DNA of 63,146 bases, the filler included, from Octopus bimaculoides (Eukaryota): assembly GCF_001194135.2 (NCBI RefSeq). It is 5 parts of 5 records of this genome, joined end to end, with 100 filler letters (N's around TTAATTAATTAA, not from the genome) between each part and the next. Parts side by side here need not be neighbours in the genome. Positions count along the whole stretch, not along the records: positions 46,046 to 63,146 come from NC_068992.1; 4 more parts are not named here. One strand, written 5' to 3'. Position numbers and translations under genes: made by a program. The notes under the pieces were generated by a model that was not told where the DNA came from, made no database searches, and saw only the letters and a list, made by a program, of their open reading frames with translations. Position 1 is the first letter of the stretch. The number at the start of each line of letters is the position of its first letter. Of this stretch, positions 51,156 through 63,040 are shown piece after piece.

Positions 51156-51494
51156 NNNNNNNNNNNNNNNNNNNNNNNNNNNNNNNNNNNNNNNNNNNNN
51201 NNNNNNNNNNNNNNNNNNNNNNNNNNNNNNNNNNNNNNNNNNNNNNNNNNNNNNNNNNNNNNNNNNNNNNNNNNNNNNNNNNNNNNNNNNNNNNNNNNNN
51301 NNNNNNNNNNNNNNNNNNNNNNNNNNNNNNNNNNNNNNNNNNNNNNNNNNNNNNNNNNNNNNNNNNNNNNNNNNNNNNNNNNNNNNNNNNNNNNNNNNNN
51401 NNNNNNNNNNNNNNNNNNTATCAGTGTCATTATCATCATTATCCTCATGAAAATGTCAAAATATACACTCCGTTATTTTTTCAAATTGTTTCAG

Positions 51495-51587
51495 CAAGTC
51501 AAAGATGTGATTGGAGGAAAGGTGATTGTCTAAGAGACGAATCCGTAATGAACGTAATGTGTGAAAGGAATTGTTCCAGGACACCCC
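51495..51587 (+). CDS. EGF/F-type-lectin gene, Cys-rich ShKT-like exon (phase 1-1): SQRCDWRKGDCLRDESVMNVMCERNCSRTP
   Basis: ttcaaattgtttcag| acceptor, |gtaagt donor, 93 nt; in frame with the next exon. Confidence 0.65.
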
Positions 51588-52692
51588 GTAAGTGAAATGC
51601 CTTCTGTTTCTCTGTCTTTGTCTTATTTTCCTGTTATACATCTCATAAATCTTCTTTAATCGTTTATTTGTTGTTTGCAAATTGAAATATCTTCCTAATT
51701 TTCTCAGCAAATTTAAATACTGCATATTTCACTATTCATCCATCACATATCTGCCATGTACTGCTTACTTCATCTCGTTTCCGTTTACCGCTGCTTAACT
51801 ACGCAACATAAATTAATATGTTATTCAATATATGAATATATACATATATGTACATGAGTACATGCATATTATCTTTAAATCCAAAGTCGCACCTTACTCC
51901 TGACTCGTAAACTTAAACCACTACGTAACATGTTTTACACATGTTAACAAACTTCCCCCACGCTTGTACTATGACCGACTTCTCATGTGACTCTCAGATA
52001 TACTCCATAACTTTAGGTTTACTTAACGATTCACTTCCTACCAAGCTGTCCATCCTGCAATTACGCTTCATCAACAAACTTGTTTTTCTGTTCTACCAGT
52101 TTTCAATTTCCTCTAATCTAACTCTGTATCTAAGACAACAATAAAATCGCTAATCGTTTTTAAAATAACTTCCTCTAATCTATGGCTATTAATCCAGCAT
52201 GGTTCCCTATATTTCGTACCCTTCATCAGAATCCTACTCAATCTTCATTTTTAATAATAGCTAAATTCCTTGTATAAATAAACCCAATTTCGTTATAACA
52301 GAATTCAAGCATATCGCAATCACTCGTTACTGAAACTTCCAAGGCTAACGTCCGACAAAAACTTACTATAGTTAAATAATCTATCACCTATGTTCCCACG
52401 AAGCTTAGATATTGGTGTCTAGTTTTGAAGAAGGACTGAGGCATATATACATACATATATCTGGCATCTGCATATATATCTTTGCCTTGTCTCATCCATT
52501 TTTCCTCACTTCTGAGTTTCTGCCCGCTCCTGGCAACTTTCGATCCTTGAGCGATCTAGTTTGACCAAAGCCTACCACCAAAATTTAGGTCTCTAAATAT
52601 TAAATATTGAAATTAATATCCAATTCACTCTTTGAATGATGGGTAATGTAAGATAAATCCCAATTTTACACATTTGTTTCTATAATTTTCAG

Positions 52693-52842
52693 CTGGATGT
52701 TTATTTAGAGTTGACAGATTTGGTATTGGCCTGAAATATCAATGTCATTGCTTCGATATCGGTGACTGTGACTTCGACAACGATGGGTATTGCAACGGGA
52801 CTAAATGTTTTTTTGGTCACTCTGGACCTACATGCCAAAGAC
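52693..52842 (+). CDS. EGF-like exon (phase 1-1): GCLFRVDRFGIGLKYQCHCFDIGDCDFDNDGYCNGTKCFFGHSGPTCQR
   Basis: ataattttcag| acceptor, |gtaagt donor, 150 nt; MEGF/laminin-type EGF Cys spacing (FG..x.Y.CHC...C...G.C...C..G..GP.CQ). Not in the ORF track. Confidence 0.88.
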
Positions 52843-53029
52843 GTAAGTATTTCGTCGATTTTCTCAATACACATACACATATTCAAATAGGAATTAGAAA
52901 TCGCTCAAGGGACATAAACATTATCGAACTTACATATACACAAAGTGTGGTGTCTTGGGCGGGTGTCTTCTACTATTGCATCAGGCCGAGTGAATTTGGT
53001 ATACGGAAATTGAAAGAAACCCATTGTAT

Positions 53030-53210
53030 ATGAAAGTTTTACAGAATTTTACATTTCCAATGATAGCTTGGATCTGTAGTTTTCGAATCAGCTTTCTCCT
53101 TCCTGTTTTTGAGACGCCTAATTGGTATTTGGGCGGTGTGTTATATATTCCAATGCCCCCAATAATTACAGGTATACGAGCAAACCTGAACTCGTAATCT
53201 GGATATGTAT
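53030..53210 (-). mobile_element. R4/Dong-like LINE C-terminal (restriction-like endonuclease) fragment
   Basis: YPDYEFRFARIPVIIGGIG..LIRKLQIQAIIGNVKFCKTF. Confidence 0.7.
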
Positions 53211-53787
53211 GTATATATGTACTCAACTGCCGTGTATTGACTAATGACATTCCCTTCTTCAATTACTATTTGCAAAACAGTCTCGCCACCAGCATAATTC
53301 TTTTGTTGGAACTGATCCCAAATATATACTCTATTTACCTAGGAACACTAGAATATAAAATAAGACCTTGCACTGCTTTACATAAGTAAAACAAATCAAA
53401 CAAGACATCAACAACGAGCAGTGACATTAACGAGAGAAGGGAAAACATATTCCGTATAACCAGAGAAAATTCCTCGTCAGCTGCCAATTGGACGTCAATG
53501 TGATGACAAACACTTGCGCGTGCACATGCACACATATGCACGTACATGTACACACGCATATTTATTTCATGAGTTTCTATATTTCAGTTATGCACATACC
53601 TCATATACCCGTATGTTTCAACTGCCTCTTCACACATAACCGTTTGATTATCTGTGGAATCAGTTCACCCCCACCAACTACGTGGAACTTTTCATCTTCC
53701 CACCCGAAGGGCAAGCGACGATCAAAGGCATTGTGCTTTCATCCTTGCTAAACCGTGTCGAAAAATACTAATGAATATTAAACAGGC

Positions 53788-53940
53788 AGGTATGACTGTG
53801 CGGTAAAGAAAAATGGTTGCCAACCATATGGCCTTGAGTTCGATCCCAATGTGCAACATCTTGGGTCAATGTCACAATTATAGTCTCGGTCCGACCAAAG
53901 CGTTATGAGTGGATTTCGTAGCCGGAAACTGAACGAAACA

Positions 53941-54005
<65 letters not shown>

Positions 54006-54145
54006 TCTTTCACCATTGCTTCACAACAGTGCTGGTTTGTTTTCGTCTCTGCAACTTAGCGGTTCGGCAACAGAATAAGTACCAGTTTGAAACCTTTCGG
54101 GTGGTGCCCCAGCATGATCGCAGTCAAACAAATAAAAGATAAAAA
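53788..54145 (+). mobile_element. SINE family B with internal (TG)n
   Basis: Family B head, body and tail. Confidence 0.8.
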
Positions 54146-54480
54146 ACGCATTACTGAACAACACAACACATATTGTTTGCTGCTCTACTGATTCTTACAA
54201 TCTGCTACACTTCGTAATTATGATATGGCAGCGATGAGTCAAAAACATTTGTTGTCTTTGAATTCTTTAAATATTTCCGTTTCCACATCTTTTTAAACTT
54301 TGTGCTGTAAGAAAGTAAATGCTTCACGTCTCTCTCTTTCTCTCTCTCCCTCACTCCCTCATTCTGCCTCTCAATCTCTTTTTCTTTTTTCCTTTCTATC
54401 CCCCTCGCTTTCTCACTATCTGTTTCTCTTGCACTCCTCTCTGAAATCAGAGATGAAGAAATCCTTTCTTCCCAATACAG

Positions 54481-54669
54481 GTTTATATTACGAGTCTTTT
54501 GAGACTGCTGTCAAAAATTACGAATCGTTTCTGGGACAAAGAAAAGTGTGGCGTCCTAGGAATGAGCATCTGCGGACCCGAAGAGCTACGTGCCAGTCAC
54601 TCCCTAAAAAGATAGACTTTCCACATGTATTCAGAATCAACTGGGTCAAATTTAATATTTTTCCAGCAG
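54481..54669 (+). CDS. EGF/FTP gene exon (phase 1-1), first half of a divergent beta-sandwich module: LYYESFETAVKNYESF..TCQSLPKKIDFPHVFRINWVKFNIFPA
   Basis: ctttcttcccaatacag| acceptor, |gtcagt donor, 189 nt open; phase matches both neighbours. Confidence 0.72.
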
Positions 54670-54714
54670 GTCAGTAGATTATTGTTGTTCTTGTTAATGA
54701 TGTTGTTGCGTTGT

Positions 54715-54744
54715 TATTGTTGTTGTTGTTGCTGTTCGTGTTGT

Positions 54745-54792
<48 letters not shown>

Positions 54793-54866
54793 CGATGATG
54801 ATGATGATGATGATATTAGCGACGACAACAACGCTGATGATGACAATGACGACGAAGATGATGATA
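54715..54866. repeat. (TTG)n(GAT)n microsatellite
   Basis: Direct reading. Confidence 0.95.
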
Positions 54867-55582
54867 ATGTGCGGCTCCAGATCAGTCTCAAAATGCAATC
54901 AAGCCGTGACCATCTCGTATTGTTTAGTTTTCTAGGATTACAAAGTCCGATATATATACTTTCCATATCAAATAAAACTGGGTGTGATTTGAAAAGCATT
55001 CAGATGTTGTTTCTAGCGAACTGCGTGACCGCGAAGAGGCTCTCTTATTATGGATGTCTGCTACAAACGATTTTCATGGAATATATTAATCGAAGTAGCT
55101 GACACTTCTCACTCGCAACTCTAATTTGGATTCGCTCACCATCTTGTTACTGTCCGTCCGAGAGTTCTACAATATTTGGCCATAAGTTAGCCAGTGCTGA
55201 TTGATCGAGTAATATTCACACAAGCGTTAATATCTTTTGTGAACACATTTTCTTTTATGGGGATACATTAGGCCCTGGTTCTGGAGAAGAAAAAAATCTG
55301 AAATCTACGGTTCGAAACTCAGCAGAGACTTCACTTGGCAACAAAAAGATCTCACAACTGTAAAATTTAACTTTTTTTTTATTTCTTTCTACCTTTTTCT
55401 TCTTTTTAATTATTTTCTATTTCTTATATATAACAGGTATTACTTAATTTTTCTCTGTTGAGGTTTATCAGCTTTATACAAACGTTTAAATTGATTAACT
55501 AAATAATTAACAACATTCTCTAACCCTTCTAGTATTTTCAGTATGTGGTCTGCTATCATATTTCACATACTATTAATTTCAG

Positions 55583-55745
55583 TTACAATACCAGTTTATA
55601 TCACTTCTTCGATGGGAAATCAACCTCTCAGTTGTACATTCAACCCTAATTCACCAAACCGTGTCGACGAGAGTTCTTATACGGCCGTTTCATGCACGGG
55701 TGATATCAATACTAACTGGTTGCACATAAATGGAAGTAACGCCTG
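55583..55745 (+). CDS. EGF/FTP gene exon (phase 1 start; 3' end lost in gap): (V)TIPVYITSSMGNQPLSCTFNPNSPNRVDESSYTAVSCTGDINTNWLHINGSNA
   Basis: tattaatttcag| acceptor gives a frame continuous with the upstream exon; open until the N gap at 55746. Confidence 0.7.
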
Positions 55746-56374
55746 NNNNNNNNNNNNNNNNNNNNNNNNNNNNNNNNNNNNNNNNNNNNNNNNNNNNNNN
55801 NNNNNNNNNNNNNNNNNNNNNNNNNNNNNNNNNNNNNNNNNNNNNNNNNNNNNNNNNNNNNNNNNNNNNNNNNNNNNNNNNNNNNNNNNNNNNNNNNNNN
55901 NNNNNNNNNNNNNNNNNNNNNNNNNNNNNNNNNNNNNNNNNNNNNNNNNNNNNNNNNNNNNNNNNNNNNNNNNNNNNNNNNNNNNNNNNNNNNNNNNNNN
56001 NNNNNNNNNNNNNNNNNNNNNNNNNNNNNNNNNNNNNNNNNNNNNNNNNNNNNNNNNNNNNNNNNNNNNNNNNNNNNNNNNNNNNNNNNNNNNNNNNNNN
56101 NNNNNNNNNNNNNNNNNNNNNNNNNNNNNNNNNNNNNNNNNNNNNNNNNNNNNNNNNNNNNNTGGGTTTACTGTTGGTGGTAGGGCTGCTGTTGCTACTG
56201 TAGTTGTTATAAGTGGTAGTGGTGTTGGTGCTAGTAGCGTCCTTGTTTTTAGCGGTGGTGTTGGTGCGGGCAGTGTGATAAGTGGTAGTGTCATTGTTGA
56301 TATTGGTGTGGAGGCTGGTTGTTGTTGCTGTTGTTGCTGTTGGTGGTGGTGATGGTGGTGGCGGCGGTAGTGGT

Positions 56375-56610
56375 CCTTTCCACTATAGGCACAACGCCTG
56401 AAATTTAGAGGAGGGGGATAGTCGATTACATCAACCTCAGTACATGACTGGCTCTTATTATATCAACCCCGAAAGGATGAAAGGCAAAGTCGACCTCGGT
56501 GGAATTTGAACTCAGAACGAGAAGACGGACGAAATGCCACTAAGCAGCGACAGGAGAAATACTGCTAAGTATTTCGTCCAGCGTGCTAACGACTCTGCCA
56601 GTTCACCGCC

Positions 56611-56696
<86 letters not shown>
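56375..56696 (-). mobile_element. SINE family A abutting an (AAT)n tract
   Basis: Reverse-complement family A body; another fragment at 56943-57077. Confidence 0.8.
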
Positions 56697-57210
56697 NNNN
56701 NNNNNNNNNNNNNNNNNNNNNNNNNNNNNNNNNNNNNNNNNNNNNNNNNNNNNNNNNNNNNNNNNNNNNNNNNNNNNNNNNNNNNNNNNNNNNNNNNNNN
56801 NNNNNNNNNNNNNNNNNNNNNNNNNNNNNNNNNNNNNNNNNNNNNNNNNNNNNNNNNNNNNNNNNNNNNNNNNNNNNNNNNNNNNNNNNNNNNNNNNNNN
56901 NNNNNNNNNNNNNNNNNNNNNNNNNNNNNNNNNNNNNNNNNNCTTAATTTATCGACCTCTGAAAGGATAAAAGCCAAAATCGACCTCTGCGGAATTTGAA
57001 CTCAGATGTAGCAGCGGATGAAATATTGATAAGCATTTCATCTGGCATTCTAACGACTCTACCACTTCATCGCCTTAATGATTACAATAATAATATGCTT
57101 ATTAATTTATTAACAAAAAATATTTTCAAATAACAAAACATAACACACTAAAACAATATTTTAAGATAACTAAAATGTTTTTATTTATTTTTCAAATTAA
57201 AATTCTTCAG

Positions 57211-57354
57211 GATGTCCACAAGAATTATTCGGTCTGGATTGTACATATAAATGTCGGTGTAAGAACGGAACAACATGTCACCAAATAACGGGCCATTGTA
57301 CAGAAGGTTGTGAACCCGGAAGAGTAGGATCTTCGTGTCAATATCAAACTTACG
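57211..57354 (+). CDS. EGF-like exon (phase 1-1): (G)CPQELFGLDCTYKCRCKNGTTCHQITGHCTEGCEPGRVGSSCQYQTY
   Basis: aaattcttcag| acceptor, |gtaaaa donor, 144 nt; canonical MEGF/Draper-type 8-Cys EGF repeat. Not in the ORF track. Confidence 0.92.
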
Positions 57355-57882
57355 GTAAAAAAAGAAAGATGATACTTCGCCAAATCCTTTGCTTTTATTA
57401 CTTAAGATTATTTGTTTATTTCTTTAATGTGCATGCTTTAAAGTCAGAAAATTATGGTAGAGTCATAATAAATGCATAGCGACCAGTGCACATGCGCAAT
57501 GAACGTGTTAAAAAATGTGAAGGTATGCTAAGCTTTTTTCTTCTATGGATGACTGCACATCCTGAGTATCTTCGCCATTTACATGAATATTTGAACCTTT
57601 CTGTATAATTTCGAACGAGTGATATTCTTAGCAAACTACTTTTACTATAAACTGCTAGTCAGGATGGAGACTCAATGTGATCTTCTGGCCAGCCAAAAAC
57701 AATAGCCAAATCTCTTTGAATCATTTACTCGTGGTAAAGAAAGGACACACTGGATATTTGGATAACCAAAAAAACCAAAAAAAAAACATGGAAGATCCGA
57801 TGGTCAATGCTGGAATACTTTTGATTATCCATATACTCATTCAAATATGTATCTGATGTGGAGGTATAGTTTAACATCATTG

Positions 57883-57937
<55 letters not shown>

Positions 57938-58194
57938 TATCATCCGTTTGGGCAACGTGAAAACATTGCTATAATACCACGCGTTTCAAAAACATTGGGC
58001 TGACTTTGCAGGAAGGGAAAATTACGCTCCACTGCAAACGCATGACCATATCGTTCTAGTGAATTTTATTTTAAAAAATACATATTTCACTTCTCAAGCG
58101 GATGACACTTCGTAGTCAATATAACCGTAAGGATAAAGTATCGTTCAAATTTTTTGATTGATGATATTGTGTTGCTGGCATAGTCGAGAATTTA

Positions 58195-58340
58195 CAGGCG
58201 TGGTAAGAAGCTCACTTCCCAACCATATGGATCTGGGTTCAGTTCCAGTGCGTGGCACTTCGGGCAAGTGTTTTGTACTGTAGCACCGTGCTGACCAAAG
58301 CCATGGATTTGGTTGACGGAAAATGAAAGAAACCCGCCGA

Positions 58341-58380
<40 letters not shown>

Positions 58381-58771
58381 TCCCTATCACTGCTCGACAA
58401 CCGATGTTCATTTGTCTACGTCCCCGTAACTTAGCGGTTCTGCAAAAGGACTTGATAGAATAGGTACCAGGCTTTAAAAAAACAACTACTGGCTTAGCAA
58501 ATAAATGAGTACTGGGGTCGATTCATCCGACTAAAGATTGTTGAAGGCAGAGCTCCAACATGGCTGCAGTCTGATGACTGATGCAAGTAGATGATTAAAA
58601 AATGATACGACGGACTTCTTTCAGTTTCCGTCCTGTAAATCCACTCACAAAACTTTGGTGTGCACGAGGTTATAATAGAAGATACTTGCCTAAGATACCA
58701 CACAGTGAGGCTGAGCCCGGAACCATGTAGTTGGGAAACAAGATTCTTACAACAAAACTATGCCTGCGCCT
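58195..58771. mobile_element. Two SINE family B copies, tail to tail (+ 58195-58590; - 58610-58771)
   Basis: Family B sequences in opposite orientations. Confidence 0.8.
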
Positions 58772-58888
58772 TAATAGAAAAAAAATTATTTGCTTCAAAC
58801 CATGTTAAAATAAACCATTGATTTAATATAATATTAATATGATTATTTGAAACATTTATTGACATAATTATTTAATGTAATATTTCAG

Positions 58889-59124
58889 AAAATATTGCCC
58901 TTGGGCGACCAGCTTTCCAGTCGTCTGATTTTGAAGTTAAATTCCTGGATGGTGACAACCTTTGCAGCTCCAAGTATTTGGCCACAGCAAGTTTTGCTGT
59001 GGATGGCAAATACAACCAAAACTTCCAACACAAGTCGTGTAGTCGCACGAAGGAAAAACCCAGCAAAAGTTATTGGTATGTGAAACTGGACAGGAATTAT
59101 ACTATAAACCAGATTAGGATATAC
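58889..59124 (+). CDS. F-type lectin (FTP/fucolectin-like) domain exon 1 (3' end in gap): (E)NIALGRPAFQSSDFEVKFLDGDNLCSSKYLATASFAVDGKYNQNFQHKSCSRTKEKPSKSYWYVKLDRNYTINQIRIY
   Basis: aatatttcag| acceptor in phase; FTP motifs NIALG..A.QSS, AS.AVDG, SCS.T, W.V.L...Y.I..I.IY. Confidence 0.92.
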
Positions 59125-59342
59125 NNNNNNNNNNNNNNNNNNNNNNNNNNNNNNNNNNNNNNNNNNNNNNNNNNNNNNNNNNNNNNNNNNNNNNNNNNNN
59201 NNNNNNNNNNNNNNNNNNNNNNNNNNNNNNNNNNNNNNNNNNNNNNNNNNNNNNNNNNNNNNNNNNNNNNNNNNNNNNNNNNNNNNNNNNGTGGTGGTGG
59301 TGGTATTGGCAGGGGTGGTGGTGTTAATAGTAGTGGTGGTGT

Positions 59343-59405
<63 letters not shown>

Positions 59406-59609
59406 CAGCAGCAGTTTTTATGCTTTCCACGATATATTCAGTTTAAGAAATACACACGCACATATATGCATGCATACATACATACATGCATACATACATA
59501 CATACATACATGCATACATAAATACATACATACATACATACATACATACACACATACATATATACATATGTACGTAAATACATGTATATCCACATGTTGG
59601 TAGTCCATC

Positions 59610-60395
59610 GGTGCCCGATGATGACAAAGTCTGTTTTCTCAGCGACGAGAATGTGACTCTTCAGTCTAAAGCTGAAAGCACACAGATGCCCACAGGTGTC
59701 ACAATGGCAGTCTGTTGTCTGCATTGATGCGGACGTCTGCCTCTTGCAGCAGCAAGACGCTGTCACCAGTTCTCTTCGAAGGCAGCTGCTGTTCGTGAGG
59801 TGAGAGATCTCCACGCTGATCTGTTCCTATGGACTAATGCTGCTCCATTTCAGGTTGCTTTCAGAGTGTCATTGTACCTCAGTTTAGGCCTTCCTTGTTT
59901 GCGTGAGTCCTGTGTAGGTACACGGCTGCCTGAGATTCTGGTGTCGTGGTTAGACCAGCGTAACTAAGCCTTCAACAGCATTGATTCAATACCTGTTGAA
60001 CCAACTCTGTTGTGTACTTCTTGGTTTATCACTCTGTCCTGCCAGTGAATGTCCATAATCCTGCACGGTGCCCTTGTGTGAAACTATTCCAGCTTTTTGA
60101 TATTATGGGGTCCATGTTTTACATCCATAGGGCAGTGTAGAGTTAACTACAACCCTATAGACCTTGAGCTTTGTCGAAAGTCTGATGCCTTTCTGCTGGA
60201 GGACTTTCACTTTCTGTCTTCCAAGTCCTTGGCTGTCCTAGTGGATTCTGGAAGAGTTTTCACTGTCCAGTGATCCATCGCCTGAAATTGTGCTGCCAAG
60301 GTACTTGAATTTCTCAAAACTCTTTAGCTGGACTTCATCAGTGGTAATGTTTGGTTGGTGTTGAGTTGAGTTCGGGGCTGCTTTGACAACCACAA
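59610..60395 (-). mobile_element. RTE-clade LINE 3' fragment
   Basis: FEKFKYLGSTIS.DGSLD..TKLKVYRVVV.STL.YGCKTWT..WQDRV.N..LRW..RKQGRPKLRY.DTLK..CDTCGHLCA...LKSH; degenerate. Confidence 0.88.
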
Positions 60396-60914
60396 TACAC
60401 AACGACATAGTTACTTTGTGAAAAGAAGATAATTTTTACTTGCCCCTTTAAACCCTACATGTTGATTTAAATTCCTATTTGTTGTTTAAAAGAAAGTAAA
60501 CCACAATTCATTGTTAACATACTTGGTTGTAAAGTAACATAACTTAATGCTTTATTGTATGTTATTTCATACCTCACCAGGGCTATCTTGGTAGCAATGA
60601 TTTTCCCCCGGGCAAATCAATGCACGGGGTCCATTAGTATTTATTTATTGACAACAAACCACAGCAACCATAGATCCGAAATGGACCCATTGACCTATGA
60701 CGATCTCTGGGCAATTGCCCAGACTGTCCATACCTTAAAACGACACTCTACCTCACATTTTTGTACTCAACATGCAGTGGAATTAATTTACGTTTCTGAA
60801 ATCAAATCATTTTAATCTTTCTAAACACTAACTTCACCTCTTGACAGACCAAAAATATGTTTCTTTAAAACGCATATGCAGCAAGGTTCTACTTTTGTTA
60901 TTTATTTCTATTAG

Positions 60915-61097
60915 GTTACAGTTTGAATGTATTTGTCGGGGACAAAAACGATCCATGTTCCCAGTTATGCTATAAAAGCAAGTCAACTGAAAGTATTCTT
61001 TATATATCTTGTCAACGTCCGTTGGTTGGTGAAAGTGTTTGTATCCAAACAGCCAAGAAATACGCCTCTTTGTCCTTGTGTGAAGTAGAAGTCATCC
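60915..61097 (+). CDS. F-type lectin domain exon 2 (phase 1-1): (G)YSLNVFVGDKNDPCSQLCYKSKSTESILYISCQRPLVGESVCIQTAKKYASLSLCEVEVI
   Basis: tttctattag| acceptor, |gtaagt donor, 183 nt; C...+G..V.I and L.LCEVEV motifs. Confidence 0.92.
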
Positions 61098-61514
61098 GTA
61101 AGTAGCTTCGTGTTCGTTTTCTTTCTTCTTTGTTATAAAATTTACTGATTTTCCAGACCTGTTAACTCTATAATCTCTCTGCTGCTATTGACAGAACAAA
61201 CAGCACTGTGTAGTGTTTATGCATTTTCTAGTTTCAAATGATGTGAATCTGTTTGTAGCTCCCTGCTCTAATCACCGCACCTTTATTATAGATATATTCA
61301 TGTTTATAGCTTCATTAGGTGTTACACTCAGTGCATCTATGACGTGTGTCTCGTTGATAATCGCAATGATTTTGTTCTATTTGTATGTATTTCCATAGGC
61401 TGGATCAATTCATTTGTACTCGATCTAATTTACACTATGAATCCCTATTCTACATCCGATAGCCCTGCTGAAAACATATCTAGAGCTGTGAGTAACCAAT
61501 TATTTTCTCCTCCC

Positions 61515-61562
<48 letters not shown>

Positions 61563-61986
61563 TATGTGTGTGTTATATAGAACATGATCAAAACATCAAC
61601 TAAGTTATGAAATCAATACTTTTAGGAGCAAGTATTATTTAATTGTTTTAAAAGATAACTGACTTTAAAGTTTCGCCTAATCGGCTTCAAGAATATAAAT
61701 GAAGAAAATATTCTAGAAACTAGAAAATCCTTACTATTTTAAGATGACTTTATTTGGTTTATACAGCATACCTATGTGTATTTTGATGTCAGTATGGTAT
61801 CGATGGTCTTGGGGACTTCGTAGAAGTTAGCAAACATGTTGGCACATATATTTTCAATGCCCTGAAAATCCTGGCGTTGTCGGAGCATTATATAGAGCTG
61901 ACACACTTTTACTACTGTGCAATTTTAATTTTTAAAAATGCTGATAGATTTTGTAAAAATTACATCCGTAATATTCCCCGCCATGT

Positions 61987-62368
61987 GGAGGCGCAATGGC
62001 CCAGTGGTTAGGGCAGCGGACTCGCGGTCATAGGATCGCGGTTTCGATTCCCAGATCGGGCGTTGTGAATGTTTACTGAGCGAGAACACCTAAAGCTCCA
62101 CAAGGCTCCGGCAGGGGGTGGTGGCGGACCCTGCTGTACTCTTTCACCACAACTTTCTTTCACTCTTACTTCCTGTTTCTGTTGTGCCTGTAATTCAAAG
62201 GGCCAGCCTTGTCACTCTGTGTCACGCTGAATATCCCCGAGAACTACGTTAAGGGTACACGTGTCTGTGGAGTGCTCAGCCACTTGCACGTTAATTTCAC
62301 GAGCAGGCTGTTCCGTTGATCGGATCAACTGGAACCCTCGACGTCGTAAGCGACGGAGTGCCAAAAAC
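61987..62368 (+). mobile_element. tRNA-derived SINE, family D (well preserved)
   Basis: tRNA-like head with A box (tggcccagtgg) and B box (ggtttcgattccc), followed by ~300 bp of non-tRNA body and a short A-rich end. Confidence 0.85.
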
Positions 62369-62498
62369 ACATTCCCCGCCAAACATGAGCTTTTTCTATT
62401 AACAAAAGTCCTCATAGTCATGTATTGCCTTGATATTTCTCTTAATTCTCAATAATACACAGTGGCTGCCGTGTTTGACACAAATTTAATATTTAAGA

Positions 62499-62645
62499 AA
62501 GAACCTTAACTACTACGAAGTAGGGTAGAAAGAGCTCTGGAAAACACAAAAATCGGGAAAATATCTGGTCTAGTTGCAGTGCCGATTGAATTGATCAAGG
62601 GTGCAGGAGAAAATAGCATAACAATACTCCACAACATCTGCGGAT
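62499..62645 (+). mobile_element. RTE-clade RT N-terminal fragment
   Basis: EP.LLRSRVERALENTKSGK...VPIELIKGAGENSITILHNIC. Confidence 0.7.
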
Positions 62646-62687
62646 AGTGAGTTAGATGGTGTACAGGTGTTGGGGGGAGGGCAGTTA

Positions 62688-63040
62688 AAGGTAGAAGGGT
62701 AGTCCGAAGACAGACAGGTGTTGTAGAGAATGACCGGTTGAGCGGAAGCGGTGCGAGACCGGGATGTCATTGCTGGGTCTGATGTCTCGGAGATACTCAG
62801 TGAACCAGTCGGCCAAGATGCGTCCCGTTTGACCAATGTACAGGGAAGGACAGAAAGAGCAAGAGACGCAATAGATGCAGAGAGAAAGAGAACAAGAGAT
62901 ATTGGAGGTGCAGGTAAAGGAGTCAGTGGTATGATAGGGGTGGTGGTGGGCGCCCATGAGAAGGGTGGTGCTGGAGAGGTAGCGGCAAGCGCGACAGCGA
63001 GGGCGAGAGCAAGGAAAAAAGCCAGCTTGAGTATCATGGA
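62688..63040 (-). mobile_element. Penelope-like GIY-YIG endonuclease fragment
   Basis: FPCSRPRCRAC..FTCTSNI..IYCVSCSFCPSLYIGQTGRILADWFTEYLRDI..PVSHRF..GHS. Confidence 0.85.

Noticed and set aside
55543-55593. Signal-peptide-like start MWSAIIFHILLISVTIP
   Set aside because: The hydrophobic stretch is the translated T-rich intron end; the acceptor at 55582 joins upstream exons in frame. An alternative start cannot be fully excluded.
56163-56360. Pro/Thr-rich mucin-like minus ORF (also poly-Thr at 59291-59413)
   Set aside because: Degenerate (GGT/AGT)n microsatellite next to gaps; no splice context.
4569-59577. Long ORFs in the track containing X runs (e.g. 16514-17959, 22726-23610, 42148-43243)
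   Set aside because: They are open only because N gaps lack stop codons.
61987-62060. Apparent tRNA gene
   Set aside because: A and B boxes are present but the acceptor and anticodon stems do not pair properly, and it continues into a ~300-bp SINE body.
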